Source: Octopus vulgaris
Lineage: Eukaryota
Length of the DNA stretch: 64,000 bases
Reading direction: 5' to 3'
Assembly: GCA_951406725.2 (NCBI GenBank)
Contig: OX597829.1
Location: 19,406,001-19,470,000 of the forward strand
Below, in pieces: positions 13,046 through 26,618 of this stretch. The translations under genes and the position numbers were made by a program. Under the pieces are notes generated by a model. The model was not told where the DNA came from. It ran no database searches and was given only the letters and a program-made list of their open reading frames with translations. Positions within the stretch are counted from its first letter, which is position 1. Each line of letters begins with the position of its first letter.

Positions 13046-13811
13046 TCTACATACAGAAGCACAGATGTACATATACATGAATGCACTACAGAGGTCGGCA
13101 GCATTATATTGGTGCTAAATATGTAGAACATTCTCGTCTTGTTGAATATGAATGACTTAACATATGTTATTATATGGTTATGTAAATATGGAAGTAGGGA
13201 ATAAAAGATTACTTAGAAATGAAGGTGGGAAGAATGCTTTAGTTATTGCATACTATATAACTGTTCATTAAAGTTTCCATCAACATACTTTCAGTTTGTA
13301 TCTCTACAAAATTTTTTGATGAAAAAAGATGCAACAATCTTGAGCAAGTTATTCAATGGATAATGTTACTCACTTTGTTAATTATGTGCAAAATAATTTT
13401 TTTCAGCTTAGGTGTTTGACAGTGTGTATGTGTCATTACACACACATACACACATATATATATATATTACACAAATATATGAAGGTGTATGTGTGTGTGT
13501 ATGCATGTATTTATGTGCATGAATGTGTGTTTACACACACACACACAAAGAAAACCATATACATAATGCTTTCATTGAAAATAGAATTCAAAAGACATTA
13601 TATACAATATCTATCAACAGTTGAAATGGTCACAGGTTGTCAAACTAAAAGTTGCATTACAAAGTACAATAGAATTTTAAGTTTAGGGTGAGGGTTAGAG
13701 ACTAAGGATTTAGGATTTAGTTGCAGACTGGAAAATAGAGTTTAGAATAAGGAATATGGTTATGATTATAGTTTCATGATAGTTGATAAGGATTTAGGTT
13801 TATGATTAAAA

Positions 13812-14039
13812 TTAACTCCTTAGCATTTAAAGCGGCCATATCCAGCCAAAATATTCTATTTGCTTTATGTTCAAATAGGACAGATCTGATCTCTTACACC
13901 TATCCTACAATGTCATTCTACAAATAAACAATCACATCAGTGAAATCTCAAAGCTATGAGATAATGCATGATTAATTCAAAACAATGTGAATACATAAGT
14001 GTTACATTTGAAAGAGCAACCTGAATGCTAAAGGGTTAA
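13812..14039 (+). mobile_element. piggyBac-like MITE, family E
   Basis: ttaactccttagcatt ... aatgctaaagggttaa inverted termini, each with TTAA. Confidence 0.85.
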
Positions 14040-15706
14040 GGAACCAGGTCGTTATAGATAGAAAGCTGAAATTGTGTTAAGTCTTTGTACATATGCAGAG
14101 ATCAAAATGAATTTCTAAGTGTTTTATTTTTCTTATAAAACATAAAGAGGATATAGAATCAGCAAGGATACAAAGGAAATTGCAATTCTTCAAAATAAAT
14201 ATTTTTAAAAATTGCAAAAAGAAATTTTTTGGCCCCTTCCTTTTCTTCATTTCAGCACACACAATCAACTGCAATTTTCCATTTTATGATTATTTTTGTA
14301 TTTCCTGCTTCTCACTTGTTTTAAACATGTGAGAATACCATGTAGAGTAGAAATTTTTCCAGAAATCCTAATTTTTTAATTCTCATTCTTAAATGTGTAT
14401 GATTTCATAAACTTTGTATGTATATGTATGTGTATACAACAGACAGACAATGGTTTTCTAGCTAAAGCACCTCTGCTATACCATCTCAACATCTATTCAG
14501 TTACAGCTCCCCAAGACAGGCAGTGAAGGCAACCCGTGAAGGCAACCCATCAAGAAGACTTGTAACTGAATTAAGAACCAACACATTTCAAAAGAGACAC
14601 TGTAGAACCTGACAGAAAGGCTCGTTAGTGCTGTGCACAGTATTGGGATGGTTAGGTGGAGACATCATCTGACCATGTGCAAGAATACGATCAACTGTCA
14701 ACAAGAGATTGCACACTTAATTCAAGAGGTAGAGAAATAGACCTTGAGGACTAACCAATTCAACATCAGACTATCAGAGTTGCAATTACATAAGTTAGCA
14801 GTCTATGCAGTAGTGAATTTAATTCCTTCAAATGCTTGAAAGGCCCTGTAGGAGTAGTTGATAGCTTCTGTTACGAAGACAATCTAATCAGCAGCGAATG
14901 AGTCTGAAAGCATAATAACCAGAATAAAGACAAGGTGGAAAAAGTTCAGAGAGCTGTTACTTCTGCTGGCAACAGTGGGGAGGTGGGGGGTGAAGGAAGA
15001 ATCTCTCTCCAAGCAAAGTATAAACTGTATGTTTCAATATGTATGAAGTGTAATGCTGCATCATAATGAAATGTGGGAACTGAATGCAGACAACATATAA
15101 AGGGTAGAGAGAAATGATATATCTGTGGGCTAATGCATAGGGTTTTGGATACACGATCATGAGATTACAGGATTGATTCCTAGTAGGGATGGTGCTAAGT
15201 TTCCTTGAGCAAGGTACTTTGTTTCACATTATTTCAGCCTACTCAGCAGGAAAATGAATAACAGTAGGGTGCTGTTGCAGCCCTCTTTCTCTAAAGCTTC
15301 CACATCCTTGACATTTTGCTGATCCAAGGGTAGGATCAAAAGAACATCTAAATCTGCTTGCCAGTACACAAGCACTTAAAACAATTAGCAGGATGGTGCA
15401 TACTACTACATTACATTTGCCTGCAAGTAGCAGCCATAGTTTTGTGTGCACACACACACACAAAGTATATATGTGTAAATACAATAGGTGAAATAATTTA
15501 AAAAATAGAATCTGGAAAATCACAACAAATATCATGCTTGTGTGTATGTGTGTATGTATGTAAAGTTTATACTTTAGCTCCTATGCATGCTTCACCATTA
15601 TGGTTATGTGGAGTCCAGCAATAGGCTTTTCAAGTGCATTTAGATGCTCAACTACAACATATCATCAGGGAATACTTTATTTCATTAAATTACAACACAC
15701 ACAACT

Positions 15707-15736
<30 letters not shown>

Positions 15737-15738
<2 letters not shown>

Positions 15739-15967
15739 GGGTGGTTCAAAAGTCACAGCAGAGTCTAAGAGTTTAATAAATTTGTTTTAATTACATATTT
15801 TTATTTATAATTCACAAAATGTAACTCTTTACTCCTAATATACATATATTTCCTCTCTCTGTGTGTGTGTATACATATTATATATATTGTATGTGGTGCT
15901 AAGTTATCATAAATTTAAAACAGCATAAATGAATTAACAACACCTTTGTGACTTTTGGGTCACCCTG
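15737..15967. mobile_element. Tc1/mariner-like MITE
   Basis: TIRs agggtggttcaaaagtcac and gtgacttttgggtcaccctg, in TA/TG microsatellite context. Confidence 0.75.
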
Positions 15968-16769
15968 TGTGAATGCGTGTATAATATATATAATTTTATA
16001 AATGTTATGAGGTGGTTTTTTAATGGGAATTAAATCATTAAATATTGGCTGGGTTTTTTTTTTCTCGATAAGAATAAAAGCAAATTAAATTTGTGGTGGG
16101 GAGACATTAATGCCTCCCTGAATCTGCAAATTACTAACATTCACCTAAACAGGGTAGGTTTCATGGTAGAAGAGGCACTATGACTTTTGTAATGCAGGTG
16201 TGACATGGGCTAACACACTCCACCCAGCTATAGAAAATACATTTCAATGCATATCAGGTGGTACATAGTTGCATCCTGATTTTCAACAGGTAACAAAGAG
16301 GATTCACAGATTAAATATGCAGCAGGTGTGTGTGTGTGTGTAACAGAAACACCGTCAGCTGCTCTTCCCATAACTTATCACACCCTATGCAATTCATTAA
16401 TCATGTTTACACAAGCTACCCTAACTCAGCCAATTATAAACAGCCAAATTTCCCTCAGATCACACATAGCCATCTTACTTTAAATAGTGTGTGTGTGTGT
16501 GTGTGCAAACAAGATAATTTATATTACACAAGCTAGCCAAAAACAGTCTATAAAAGAAACCCACATAAAATAATTAACAATATGCATACATTTAGCAGCA
16601 GAGTATAAAGATAATGAGAGTAAGAACAGTAAAATGACAGTGATTGGAAGGATGAGGTATTTATCCTAGAATATTATTGTAATCAAGCATGAGATTTATT
16701 TATTATACAAAATGGTTATATCCATTCCGTGTCACCTTATACAAGTCTTTTGCATTATCATCCAAATAA

Positions 16770-16983
16770 GGTGGTGAGCTGGCAGAATCATTAGCACACC
16801 AGGCAAAATGCTTGGTATTTTGTCTGCCTTCACATTCTGAGTTCAAATTCCACTGAGGTTGACTTAGCCTTTCATCCTTTCAGGATCGATAGATTAAATA
16901 CCAGTCAAGTACTAGTTCTGATGTGATTGACTTACCCCACTCCTACCAAATTTCAGGCCTTGTGCCTATAGTAGAAAGGATTA
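16770..16983 (+). mobile_element. SINE family C copy
   Basis: ggtggtgagctggcagaatcattagc..gagttcaaattcc..gcctttcatcctttc; ccaaataa on both flanks as a possible target duplication. Confidence 0.8.
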
Positions 16984-18579
16984 CCATCCAAATAACTATT
17001 TCTTACAGCAGCACCTTCAAAGATACATATTTCTTTGCAGTATGAGACTATACTGTGGAATCCAATACTAGTTACTTTCAAGGCCAAGAAACAGAAAAAT
17101 GGGATAATTTCCCTGAAATTATCCCACTTCAGTGGAAGTACAACTATTATCTGCAATGACATCTAAAGGGAAGGGTTAGATAAACAGTTACGGAAATGCT
17201 TAATAAATATCACAAAGACAGCACAATTTGGCCATTATGCGTTCAATTCAAGGGTCATTCACGAAGTAGCTTGACAAACTGTAAGAACAAGGACATCACC
17301 CCCATCCAAATAAGGGAGTGTAACATTGGAAACCTATAGATTAAAGAAGACATCTCAAAAATGTAAAACCATTCATTTAAGTAGCTTGAATTGAATGATG
17401 TGCATATATTATCTGACCCAATTCTTTACACACACCTCAAATTCCACATCCTTTTACAATCTTAAAACCACATGAAACTAAAATACCAAAATATTTTTCT
17501 CTTCTTTTTAATGTTCTGTCTATATTGTTATAGCTTTCTATTATATACAGATTTTGTATATATTTATTGAATTTTAGGAGGAAAAGTTAGCAGTGACTAT
17601 CAGTGTGATGATGGCTAGTAAGCAACAACTCAAAAAGTGTGTTATGAGTCCACAAGTGGATGAAAGAAAAACTGTATGAACTTATTTAAAAATAAGCTAC
17701 TATCGGAAGACAACTTCTGATGGACATGTGTGAGTGCATACAGAAAATAACAAAAGTTTGCTAGTGAGCAAAGGTTTAAGATGCCTGAAGAAGACAGTTT
17801 AAGAAATCAATGTTCATAATATTCAGTTTGTGGTGACAAAATGCATGTGAATAAAATTTATAACATAATGCAAGCAGAAGGAATGCTCAAAAACAAGATT
17901 CTGTATAAAGCAGATATGCGTAAGTTGTGAATGCATCTAGCTGATCAACACAGTGCTTAGTGGCAACAAGAACAAAAAATGTGATAGTTTTCTCTATTTA
18001 TAACAAGGGGGAGGATCAAATCAGCTTCCTCAAATGAAACCTGCTGAAGGACATTTGATATTCTGCTCACAACAACAGAATGGACATACTAATTGCAAAA
18101 ATGAGGCTATGTATGGTTGCTGAGTGTCTGTGAACCAAGTGTGCTCTTAAATAAATCTGGCAATGTGATTACTGAATGCCTAGGTAAAAGCTAGACAGCA
18201 ATGAATGTAGCCGAATAGCAAGGGTTCTGAACTTTCTCTATTGATTGTAATCATAATTAGATCCTATACACTGACTTTTAAAAAATTATGTATGAAGGCA
18301 GTGTAGCATACAGCAAGTATATATAGTGATATGGTTAAGGTACAAATTAAGTTTTAATCTGCATGAACCAGAGAGCAGATCTTTAGACCAAAAGAAAGAA
18401 AGGAAGATTAATACAGACAGCTACCTTTAAATCTAAAATGTCTAAGTTTTCAACTGAAGCTAACATATTTTGATTAGTTGACATTCAAAGAATAAATGAA
18501 GAGTGCTTTGCTTCCAAAACAAAGAAGAATTAATATAGTCATTTTTAACAACAATTTCTACAACTTTTTCACAAGATCC

Positions 18580-19020
18580 TAAGACCAGACTTGCTTGTAT
18601 GCTGTTGACCTAGTTTTCACAGTTGAGTCTTCCACAAAACCTCTTGATTCTAGGCTCTACTTCCAAATTCATAAGGACTTTTGCTACCACCAAGGAGGGT
18701 GCCACATTCAATATGAAGAAGAGTAAATAGGAGCTGAGAACTGTGCAAATGTTTACAGGTACACAAGAGATGCAGCAAGGACACTGCATCTCTTTGATCA
18801 TAGGTCCATTTGATCAAGGGTGTTTTTGAGCTATTATTGATCATAAGACCAAGTGACTGGGATTGATCTAGAACTAACATGTTATCTTTCATTCCTAAGT
18901 GTATGCCAAATAACTCAGAAGTAACACACGATGGGTTTTAAGAGAACATATGATCAACTGTGAAAGAAACAAGTCTCTCTTCAATATCATGTTCTAAAAA
19001 AGCTTGCTAAAGCCAACACA
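18580..19020 (-). mobile_element. Possible heavily decayed CR1/L2-like LINE C-terminal fragment
   Basis: Broken minus frames loosely resemble the T..IP.L..LSY..RLK.L.L region; weak. Confidence 0.3.
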
Positions 19021-19079
19021 TTTTAAAGTTTCACGGTTTCAAAAAACTGTACATATTTTTTCAGTAAAGCACAAACTGT

Positions 19080-20090
19080 GAGTAGAACTTGGAATTAGTA
19101 TCAAATTGTCTTTTGATACTAGGCACCAGTCACTCTTAGAGAATTTAATTGAAGACTACAAAGAATATATATATAATCTCAACAGCTAAATCAGAAACAA
19201 TACCATTTATTTAAGTTTTTTGATAGAACTTTCCCATTTAGTAGCTACAAGTTCGCATACAACTATCCTTTACAGCAATTCACAATGTGATGGCATATAT
19301 TAAAAAAATTTTTGATAAACATGCACCATTTTTATATGATGACTTTCATAATACAGATGCTGTTATAGAACATGTGAATGAAATAACAATAAGAAGAATT
19401 ACTGCTGAAATCAGAGTTACAAAAACGAATGCTAACATATGAAATTGCTTTGTTTGATATAATATCAGCTCCATTAGCTATTATTGCACAATATTTTCAT
19501 GGAGACTATAAATTATGAGCTGATTAAGAGAATTAGCCTTGAAAACATGTCTGGAAAAGACAGAGCTGACTGTTGTCAAATGTTTTGTGAAAGACAAATA
19601 GATTTGTCAGAAGTAGCTTTGGTTATGCATGGTAGTGCTCCTATTATGGTAGGCAGACATGTTACTTTTGTGAAGCAATTTACAAAAGCTGTCAGTTTCT
19701 CTCTATTGTATATATATATATATCAAGAAGTACAATGAGAAAAAATTAAGCCTTAAAGATTCTGATGGTATAAGTGTTGTGAAAATGTAATTTTGATAAC
19801 TGTGTTAGGAAGGGCATACAGCTGTAGAAACCATGTCAGAAGAGACAATGGAGCTTGGTGAGGCCCCTGGCTTTACCAGCTCCGGTCAAACCGTCCAACC
19901 CATGCCAGCATGGAAAATGAATGTTAAATAATGATGCTATGGTTTTGCATAAACAAGAATTTAATTTACTGTTGAATCAGTTTCTAGTAGAATTCAAAGA
20001 GTTAGAGAAACAATAATTTATATAATACAGAACTGGAGTCATAAATTTTGAAGAAAAATCTTATATGGACCCCAGTTGAGAACTGCTGCT
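19080..20090 (+). pseudogene. hAT (Charlie/SPIN/GTF2IRD2-like) transposase relic with right terminus
   Basis: ORF 19484-19738 ELIKRISLEN.SGKD..IDLS..GSAPIMVGRHVTFVK..YIYQE matches the DGAP.MVG...FV...HCIIHQE catalytic region; terminus ggaccccagttgagaactgctg at ~20067-20088. Confidence 0.75.
19800..19938 (+). mobile_element. Family B repeat inserted in the hAT relic
   Basis: tgttaggaagggcat.cagctgtagaaacc ... ccaacccatgccagcatggaaaa..atgttaaataatgatg. Confidence 0.8.
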
Positions 20091-21248
20091 GTAAATCTCG
20101 AAAAGGGGTTAGGTAGCTGAGTTTATAGAAGGTTATCTTGTTAAGTTGCTTTAGATAGTCACTAATTTATTTTTAATTTGATGTGCCTTAGATTTTTTTT
20201 TGAACTAGTAAACCAAAGACATTCCTGGTCTTTTATAGTATTTTTGTAATCATTTCATTTACATGTGTTTACAGACTTAAAATAGTCTTTTTTTATTTCA
20301 GTTTATAAGTTTTGTCATGTCTAATCATTTGTAGCTTCTTTAATAAATAATATAAAAATGTCACAATAGTATAGCTATAACCTTTAAACCCAAACAGGTT
20401 TGGGTTACTAAAATGTAGACTAAATGATTCATATTAGCAATGTAAGTCGTGAGCTACCAATCAATAAAAGAAATATATATTAGTCTAATTACAAATAGAG
20501 GACTTGCAGTCAGTGATACTATAAAGTGGTGAGTCAGAATCAAAGGTTTAGCACAGCCCTAATAAAATGCCATGATGAAGCAGATTTTACAGAGTTTGAA
20601 ATTAGAGGCATTTATTTTGTATGGTTAGATTTAAGAAATGTGGAAATGCAGTTAATCAACCTCTAATCCAATCAATACAATCCTATTTGGAAGCATAAAT
20701 TCATTGCACCGAGATCTGATTTGGAACATCAATGTAGTACACGAGTGATCATGAACATTCAGACTTTGAACTTCTGCTGACGGTGTGTAATGGCATTACA
20801 AAAAAAGAAAAAAAATTTGGTGCTCTTAAAAATTGTTGTACAAGCAACCCTAAGCGCTTTCTCGTTAATGTGAGAAATGTGTGAAACATTCTCAGCATTA
20901 CTATAGAACATAAAAGCAAAAGTAAAAACAATGAATGATAACTTAATGCAATTAGTAAACATGTATATATAAAAGAATCATATCTATGAAGTTCTTTTAT
21001 TTAAAAAAAAAAAAATCTTGACTTGAAGGAGATCCAGTATACACATACGTGTGTTTGTGTGTATATGTGTATACATATATACACACACATATATACACGT
21101 ACATACACACATAAATGGGCTTAAATATACAGATACGTGTATGCACACACACATGTGCATGTATGTATACATACATTCAAAGATACAAGTAAATAGAAAT
21201 GGATCTTCCAAGAATATCACAATATTCATGTAATGAAAACAGATGCAT

Positions 21249-21284
<36 letters not shown>

Positions 21285-22055
21285 AGAGATCATTGACTTT
21301 TGGCCTTGAAGTGCTTAATGAATCACTTCAACTTAACCACAGCACACTTGTTGCAGTTTGTCAACTTATATCAATCACTATTTCTTTACCAGCTAAGTTT
21401 CAGGATATAAAGGAATACAAACAAAATAAGGCCAGCAGGTTTTAGTTAGTAGTATGACTATAAATAAACTCACATGTACATACATGTGTGCAAAGATGAA
21501 TATGTGTTTACATGGTTTTAATTGGTATACAACAAAAGGAAAAAGAAAAAAAATGGAAAAAGTGCTCAATACTGTGAAGTTCAGTGAAATAACATTTATT
21601 CAAAGCCAAGTCTGCATGAGTCACAAGTTGGACTTTCTAGTTCCAGATGACTCACATACACTCAGCATTGAATATACACACACACACACACACACCACAA
21701 TAGGCTCCTGAGTAATTTCCAGCCTGCATATCCTATTCTCATAGTATTTGTCGACCTGAGGATTATAAATGAAGATCCACTTGTCCAACATCCTAAACCC
21801 AGAATGGTGGGAATGAAAAGCAAAGAACCATGCTTGCACACACACACAATTATGATTTTAATTTCATTTCCACAAATGTGAAAAGCGCACAAGTAAATAG
21901 TAAATCACACATGCCACAGTGCACCTGATTAACAGATCCTGTCTTCACCTGCTACTGCGTTACAGCACAGTAAGGCTGACCTCCCATATCTAACTGACAG
22001 TAGCTACTGGATCAACTACCTATAAGTTTATTACAATGCTAGGTGTGCAAAAAAT

Positions 22056-22205
22056 ATGGCTGTGTGGTAAGAAGCATGCTTCCCACCCACATGGTTCCAG
22101 GTTCAGTCCCACTATGTGGCACCTTGAGCAAGTGTTTTCTACTATAGCCTCGTGCCAACCAAAGCCTTGTGAGTGGATTTGGTAGACGGAAACTGAAAGA
22201 AGCCC

Positions 22206-22252
<47 letters not shown>

Positions 22253-22435
22253 CTTTGTCAACTCCACCAACACCACCACTTGACAACCAATGTTAGTGTG
22301 GTTATGTCCCTGAAACTTAGTTTGGCAAAAGAGACTAATAGAATAAGTACTAGGCTTATAAAAAGTAAGTCCTGGGGTTGATTTCTTTGACTAAAAGCAG
22401 CTGCGGTCAAATGACCAAAACATGTAAAAGAGTAA
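22056..22435 (+). mobile_element. SINE family A copy with internal (TG)n
   Basis: Head atggctgtgtggtaagaagc..ggttcagtccc, core and tail all present. Confidence 0.9.
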
Positions 22436-22802
22436 TTGAAATTTATTCTTAATGAAATGTAAACAGAAAACAATAATTTAATGAGTGAGACCTACTGAGT
22501 TGATGCCAACAGTGATTAATGATATAAACAAGAAACACTTATGTCTCTTCATTTATAGATGATCCTTACCACTGCTAAACAATATCTTGAAGACACAAAT
22601 TGAAAACTAAAAAGCAAAATTTTAGAAAAGCCATTGTAGGTTTATAAAATGGAAGAAACAATAATTGATTTACGGAAGCCTATCAGTTATGTGATAAGAC
22701 ATTACATGCAAACATATACAAATAACTACGTCTCACTGTCAAAAGTTGAAAAATAAATAGAATAAATGTTAGGAGAGAGTAAGAAGACATTTGAGTATAA
22801 AT

Positions 22803-23102
22803 CAGGGTTGGCCAACCTGTGGCCTGCAGACTTTTATCTTGTGGCTCACTTGATACTTTTTTTAAATGGGTTTATTTAAACAAACATGTTTAGAATTTTA
22901 TCAAAAATTAAAGATTGTAATGAAAAGTAAAAAGGAAAGATACTACTGTTTTTTCAATGATAATAATTTAATGTTGAATCATTCATTATTGTAATGATAG
23001 CATGAGAAAGCAAAATGCTTTCAATTCTGTCAATATACAAGCAGCCTCAAAAAACTTTGTGATTAAATTGGCCCGCAATGTAATGAGAGTTAGCCACGTC
23101 TG
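22803..23102. mobile_element. hAT-type MITE (300 bp)
   Basis: Imperfect TIRs cagggttggccaac / gttagccacgtctg; perfect 8-bp target duplication GTATAAAT at 22795-22802 and 23103-23110. Confidence 0.9.
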
Positions 23103-23177
23103 GTATAAATCAATCACCTTAAAACAAACACCGAAAAGCTATCGGTGAGAAACTCTAGCGTCAGAAAAAATCTAATG

Positions 23178-23442
23178 CAGTGGTTCTTAACTGGGGTCCA
23201 TGCAACAAAATAGTAAATTGAAGACCACAATAGTATTTTAAGGGCCAATGAAAAGATTTTGCTTTAGATGTATGTATTGGTATTTATTGCAAGAAACAGC
23301 TGGGTTTCTTTAACATTTTACATAGTTCAACCTACACAAGTTAAATAGGAATTTTGAAAGAAGTTTCAATAAAGCTAGTCTTTAAACATTGAATGGCTAT
23401 AGTAATCAAAGGGGCCCATAAGTAAAAAGTGGTTGAGAACTG
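23178..23442 (+). mobile_element. hAT-Charlie-like MITE, family G
   Basis: cagtggttcttaactggggtcc ... ggttgagaactg termini; atcta on both flanks; body shared with 52983 and 58010. Confidence 0.85.
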
Positions 23443-23850
23443 ATCTAGAAGGGAAAATAATTAGCAAGATATCTGAAGGGAAAGTCACAAAGTTTCCTCC
23501 TTAGCAAGATACTGATTAATTCTGGAAGCAAATCTGCAGTGAGGGAAAGAAAGCTTAACTGGGAAGCTGGATAGAATAATCCTGAAAGAAACTGTTCCTA
23601 CATTACACAAAAAGCATACTGGATAATAGTAATAACACTGAGCTATGACAGAAAAATGTTCAGAATATAGAAGCACCCAAGACAGTCTTGATTGCAGGCT
23701 ACATGTTAAGAAGATAAAACAAGTGCATCTGGAGTATCCTAGTGTACCAGTGACCTTTACCACCAAGCTCTCAATGGAATATAAATGTACCAAGCTGGTT
23801 GGTTGGCACTGGCAAAAACAAGTCTATTACTTGAAAAAAAAAAATTCATA

Positions 23851-24207
23851 GGTGCAGGCGCGGCTGTGTGGTAAGAAGATTGCTGCCTAACCACATAGTT
23901 CCAGGTTCAGTCCCACCTCATGGTACCTTAGGTATCTTCTACTATAGCCTCAGGCCGAACAAAGCCTTGTGAGTGGATTTGGTACACAGAAGCTGAAAGA
24001 AGCCCATCGTATATGTGTGTGTCTGTGTTTGTCACACCACCATCACTTGACAACTGATGTTGATGTGCTTATGTCCCTGTAACATAGCGGTTTGGCAAAA
24101 GACACTAATAGAATAAGTAGTAGGCTTACAAAGAATAAGTTCTGGGGTCAATTTCTTCAACTAAAACCCTTTAAGGCACAGTCAAATGACTGAAATGTGT
24201 AAAAGAA
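23851..24207 (+). mobile_element. SINE family A copy
   Basis: ggtgcaggcgcggctgtgtggtaag head through the cagtcaaatgactgaaa tail. Confidence 0.9.
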
Positions 24208-24349
24208 TTTAAAAAATGACAGAGCACTTCCAACCAATTACATGCCATAGTTCAATATGTAAAATGTATTCAACCTCTCTGAGACTAATTCCCCTGGATC
24301 AGTGTGATGTGTGAAATAAAACATCAGATATTAACTGCTTAAGCAAAAA

Positions 24350-25000
24350 CTAACTGCAAGAACTTCTTAAAAGATGTTGTATACACTTTCTCTTGATGGT
24401 GATGAAAGCAACCACATTGCTGGGAACCTGTACTCATCTGTGTCTTCAGCATGTATTTCAGGGTTACAAGTGTTCCACCTCTTAGCCAGAAAAAACAACT
24501 GGAGAGTTTAAAGAGGCACTGAATAACTTCTAATCGAAAGAACTATACTTTTATATGCATGACAGCACAAGAAAAGTTTGATTGCATTCTGGGGCAAATT
24601 ACAAGTACCTATTTTCTTCAGTTCCCAACTTGTTGATAGGACCTTTGATTTGCTAAAGTTCTAAAAATCATAATCAGGGACAGAGACAATCTAGTTTTGT
24701 CTTGGGCCCCGCTTTTTAAAGTTAAATACAGAAATTACATTGCAATAGAATAAAGTATTGCAAGGGTGACAGTCTCTCTGTAACGCCTTTAATTCTTGCT
24801 GTGAACCCCTTATTCTTTTCACTCAAGAAATTTGAAGGGTACATAATTAGCTCATAGGAAAACAAGGACACCTGTCTGGCACACAGCTTTTGTGAGGAGG
24901 ATCTGAATGTATATGCCGAAAATATGAATGGTATGAACAACAGCCTTGACTTGATTGTAAAAAAAATGAGAAAATAAAAACTAAGTTAGTCTAGGAAACT
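24350..25000 (-). mobile_element. Possible decayed CR1/L2-like RT fragment
   Basis: Broken minus frames loosely resemble YRPVSL..K.LE, DF.K.FDKV and GVPQG..L.P.LF in the expected order; weak. Confidence 0.35.
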
Positions 25001-25065
25001 CTTTATCAATAGTATGACTATTTTCCACTACCTAACAAAAATATGCTTTAGGTGCCTAGAAAAAT

Positions 25066-25320
25066 CATGATCATTTAACGTCCGCTTTCCATGCTAGCAT
25101 GGATTAGATAGTTTGACTGAGGACTGGCAAGCCAGAAGGCTGCACCAGGCTCCAATCTGATCTGGCAAGGTTTCTACAGCTGGATGCCCCTCCTAACGCC
25201 AACCACTCTGAAAGTGTAGTGGGTGCTTTTTATATGCCACTGGCATGGGGGCCAGTCAGGTGGCACTGGCATCAACCACATTCGAATGATGCCTTTTATG
25301 TGCCACTGGCACATAACAAG
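25066..25320 (-). mobile_element. Family B repeat
   Basis: atcatttaacgtccgctttccatgctagcatgg ... ctacagctggatgccc.tcctaacgccaaccac. Confidence 0.9.
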
Positions 25321-25339
25321 GAACATGTGACCAGGGAAT

Positions 25340-25668
25340 GTAAAGAGTAAAGGCCCTTTTTGGTCATGAATGACCATGGGATTAGACCAAAAAGGCTCAC
25401 TTCTGAGGTACAAGTTTGGGGAAGGTTGTTTGAGGAAGACCAGCAGCTGTCCATACATACCAGCCTGCCCTCTCCATACCACCAATGGGGAAAGCAAAGG
25501 CTGATACAGTTTGGTACCAATGACGTCACAACTCCTTTCTACAGCTGAGTAACTGGAGCAATGTGAAATAAAGTGTCTTGCTCAAGAACACAACACAGCC
25601 CAGGCTGGGAATTGAACTCACTACCTCATGATTGAAATCCTGATGCTATAACCACTGAGCCACGTGCC
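25340..25668 (-). mobile_element. SINE family D, near full length
   Basis: Reverse complement of the 12710-13045 element. Confidence 0.9.
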
Positions 25669-26277
25669 AAGGAATTTAACACCTGATTAAAAAATATAGT
25701 CCTCAAAGTTCTTTGTAAATGAATAAATCAGCTTACAATACACCTGCTGTGCTAGTACTCATACAAACACCTGGACTATTTGACTCGACACTAGAGGAGA
25801 TCCAGACAACTGATGTAAAAACCCAAAAACTTAACCACTACCAAGGGAAATTACATAGCTAGACTATAAAGGAACATCAGATAAAAGGCCTTATGCTTTC
25901 CAGCACAAAGTCATGACACCTATGACAGTCTCTCTGTCATAACACCAACTTGCTCTCAAGTACTATCCACCACTTAGGAGTAGGAGCCTTTTCCTCACCC
26001 TCACCACCCTGTTCTTTTTCTGTGTTGCAAGTTGCTTGGCACCTCACAAGTGGAGGTGGCATGAAAAAAGCACCCAGTATGCAATGTAAAGTTGTTGACA
26101 ATAAAAAGGGAATCTGGCCACAGGAACCACACCAAAGCTGATGCTGGAGAACAGCGCAGCCTAATGGCTCCCAAGATTCTCTCAAACTATCCAAGCCATG
26201 ACAGCAAGGAAAACATCTGTTACATGATAATAATGCATGTGAATACATAGATATACACAGACGCATATGAATAAACA

Positions 26278-26332
<55 letters not shown>

Positions 26333-26391
26333 GTATATATATATATATATATATGCATGTATATATGTATGCATATATATATACATGCATC

Positions 26392-26618
26392 GGCCAGCTG
26401 GCAGAAATGTTAGCACGCCAGGCAAAATGCTTAGCGGTATTTCGTCAGTCGTTACATTCTGAGTTCAAATTCCACTGAGGTCGACTTTGCTTTTCATCCT
26501 TTCGGGATCGATAAATAAAGTACCAATTTTGCACTGGGGTCGATGTAATCGACTTAATCCCTTTGTCTGTCCTTGTTTGTCCCTCTTATGTTTAGCCCCT
26601 TGTGGGTAGTAAAGAAAT
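26392..26618 (+). mobile_element. SINE family C, well preserved
   Basis: Retains CpGs; gctggcagaaatgttagcacgcc..gagttcaaattcc..gtcgactttgc..; ends agtaaagaaata in (AT)n. Confidence 0.9.

Noticed and set aside
17600-18500. Purine-rich stretch that may be an old LINE or transposase remnant
   Set aside because: No motif could be read with enough confidence to assign it.
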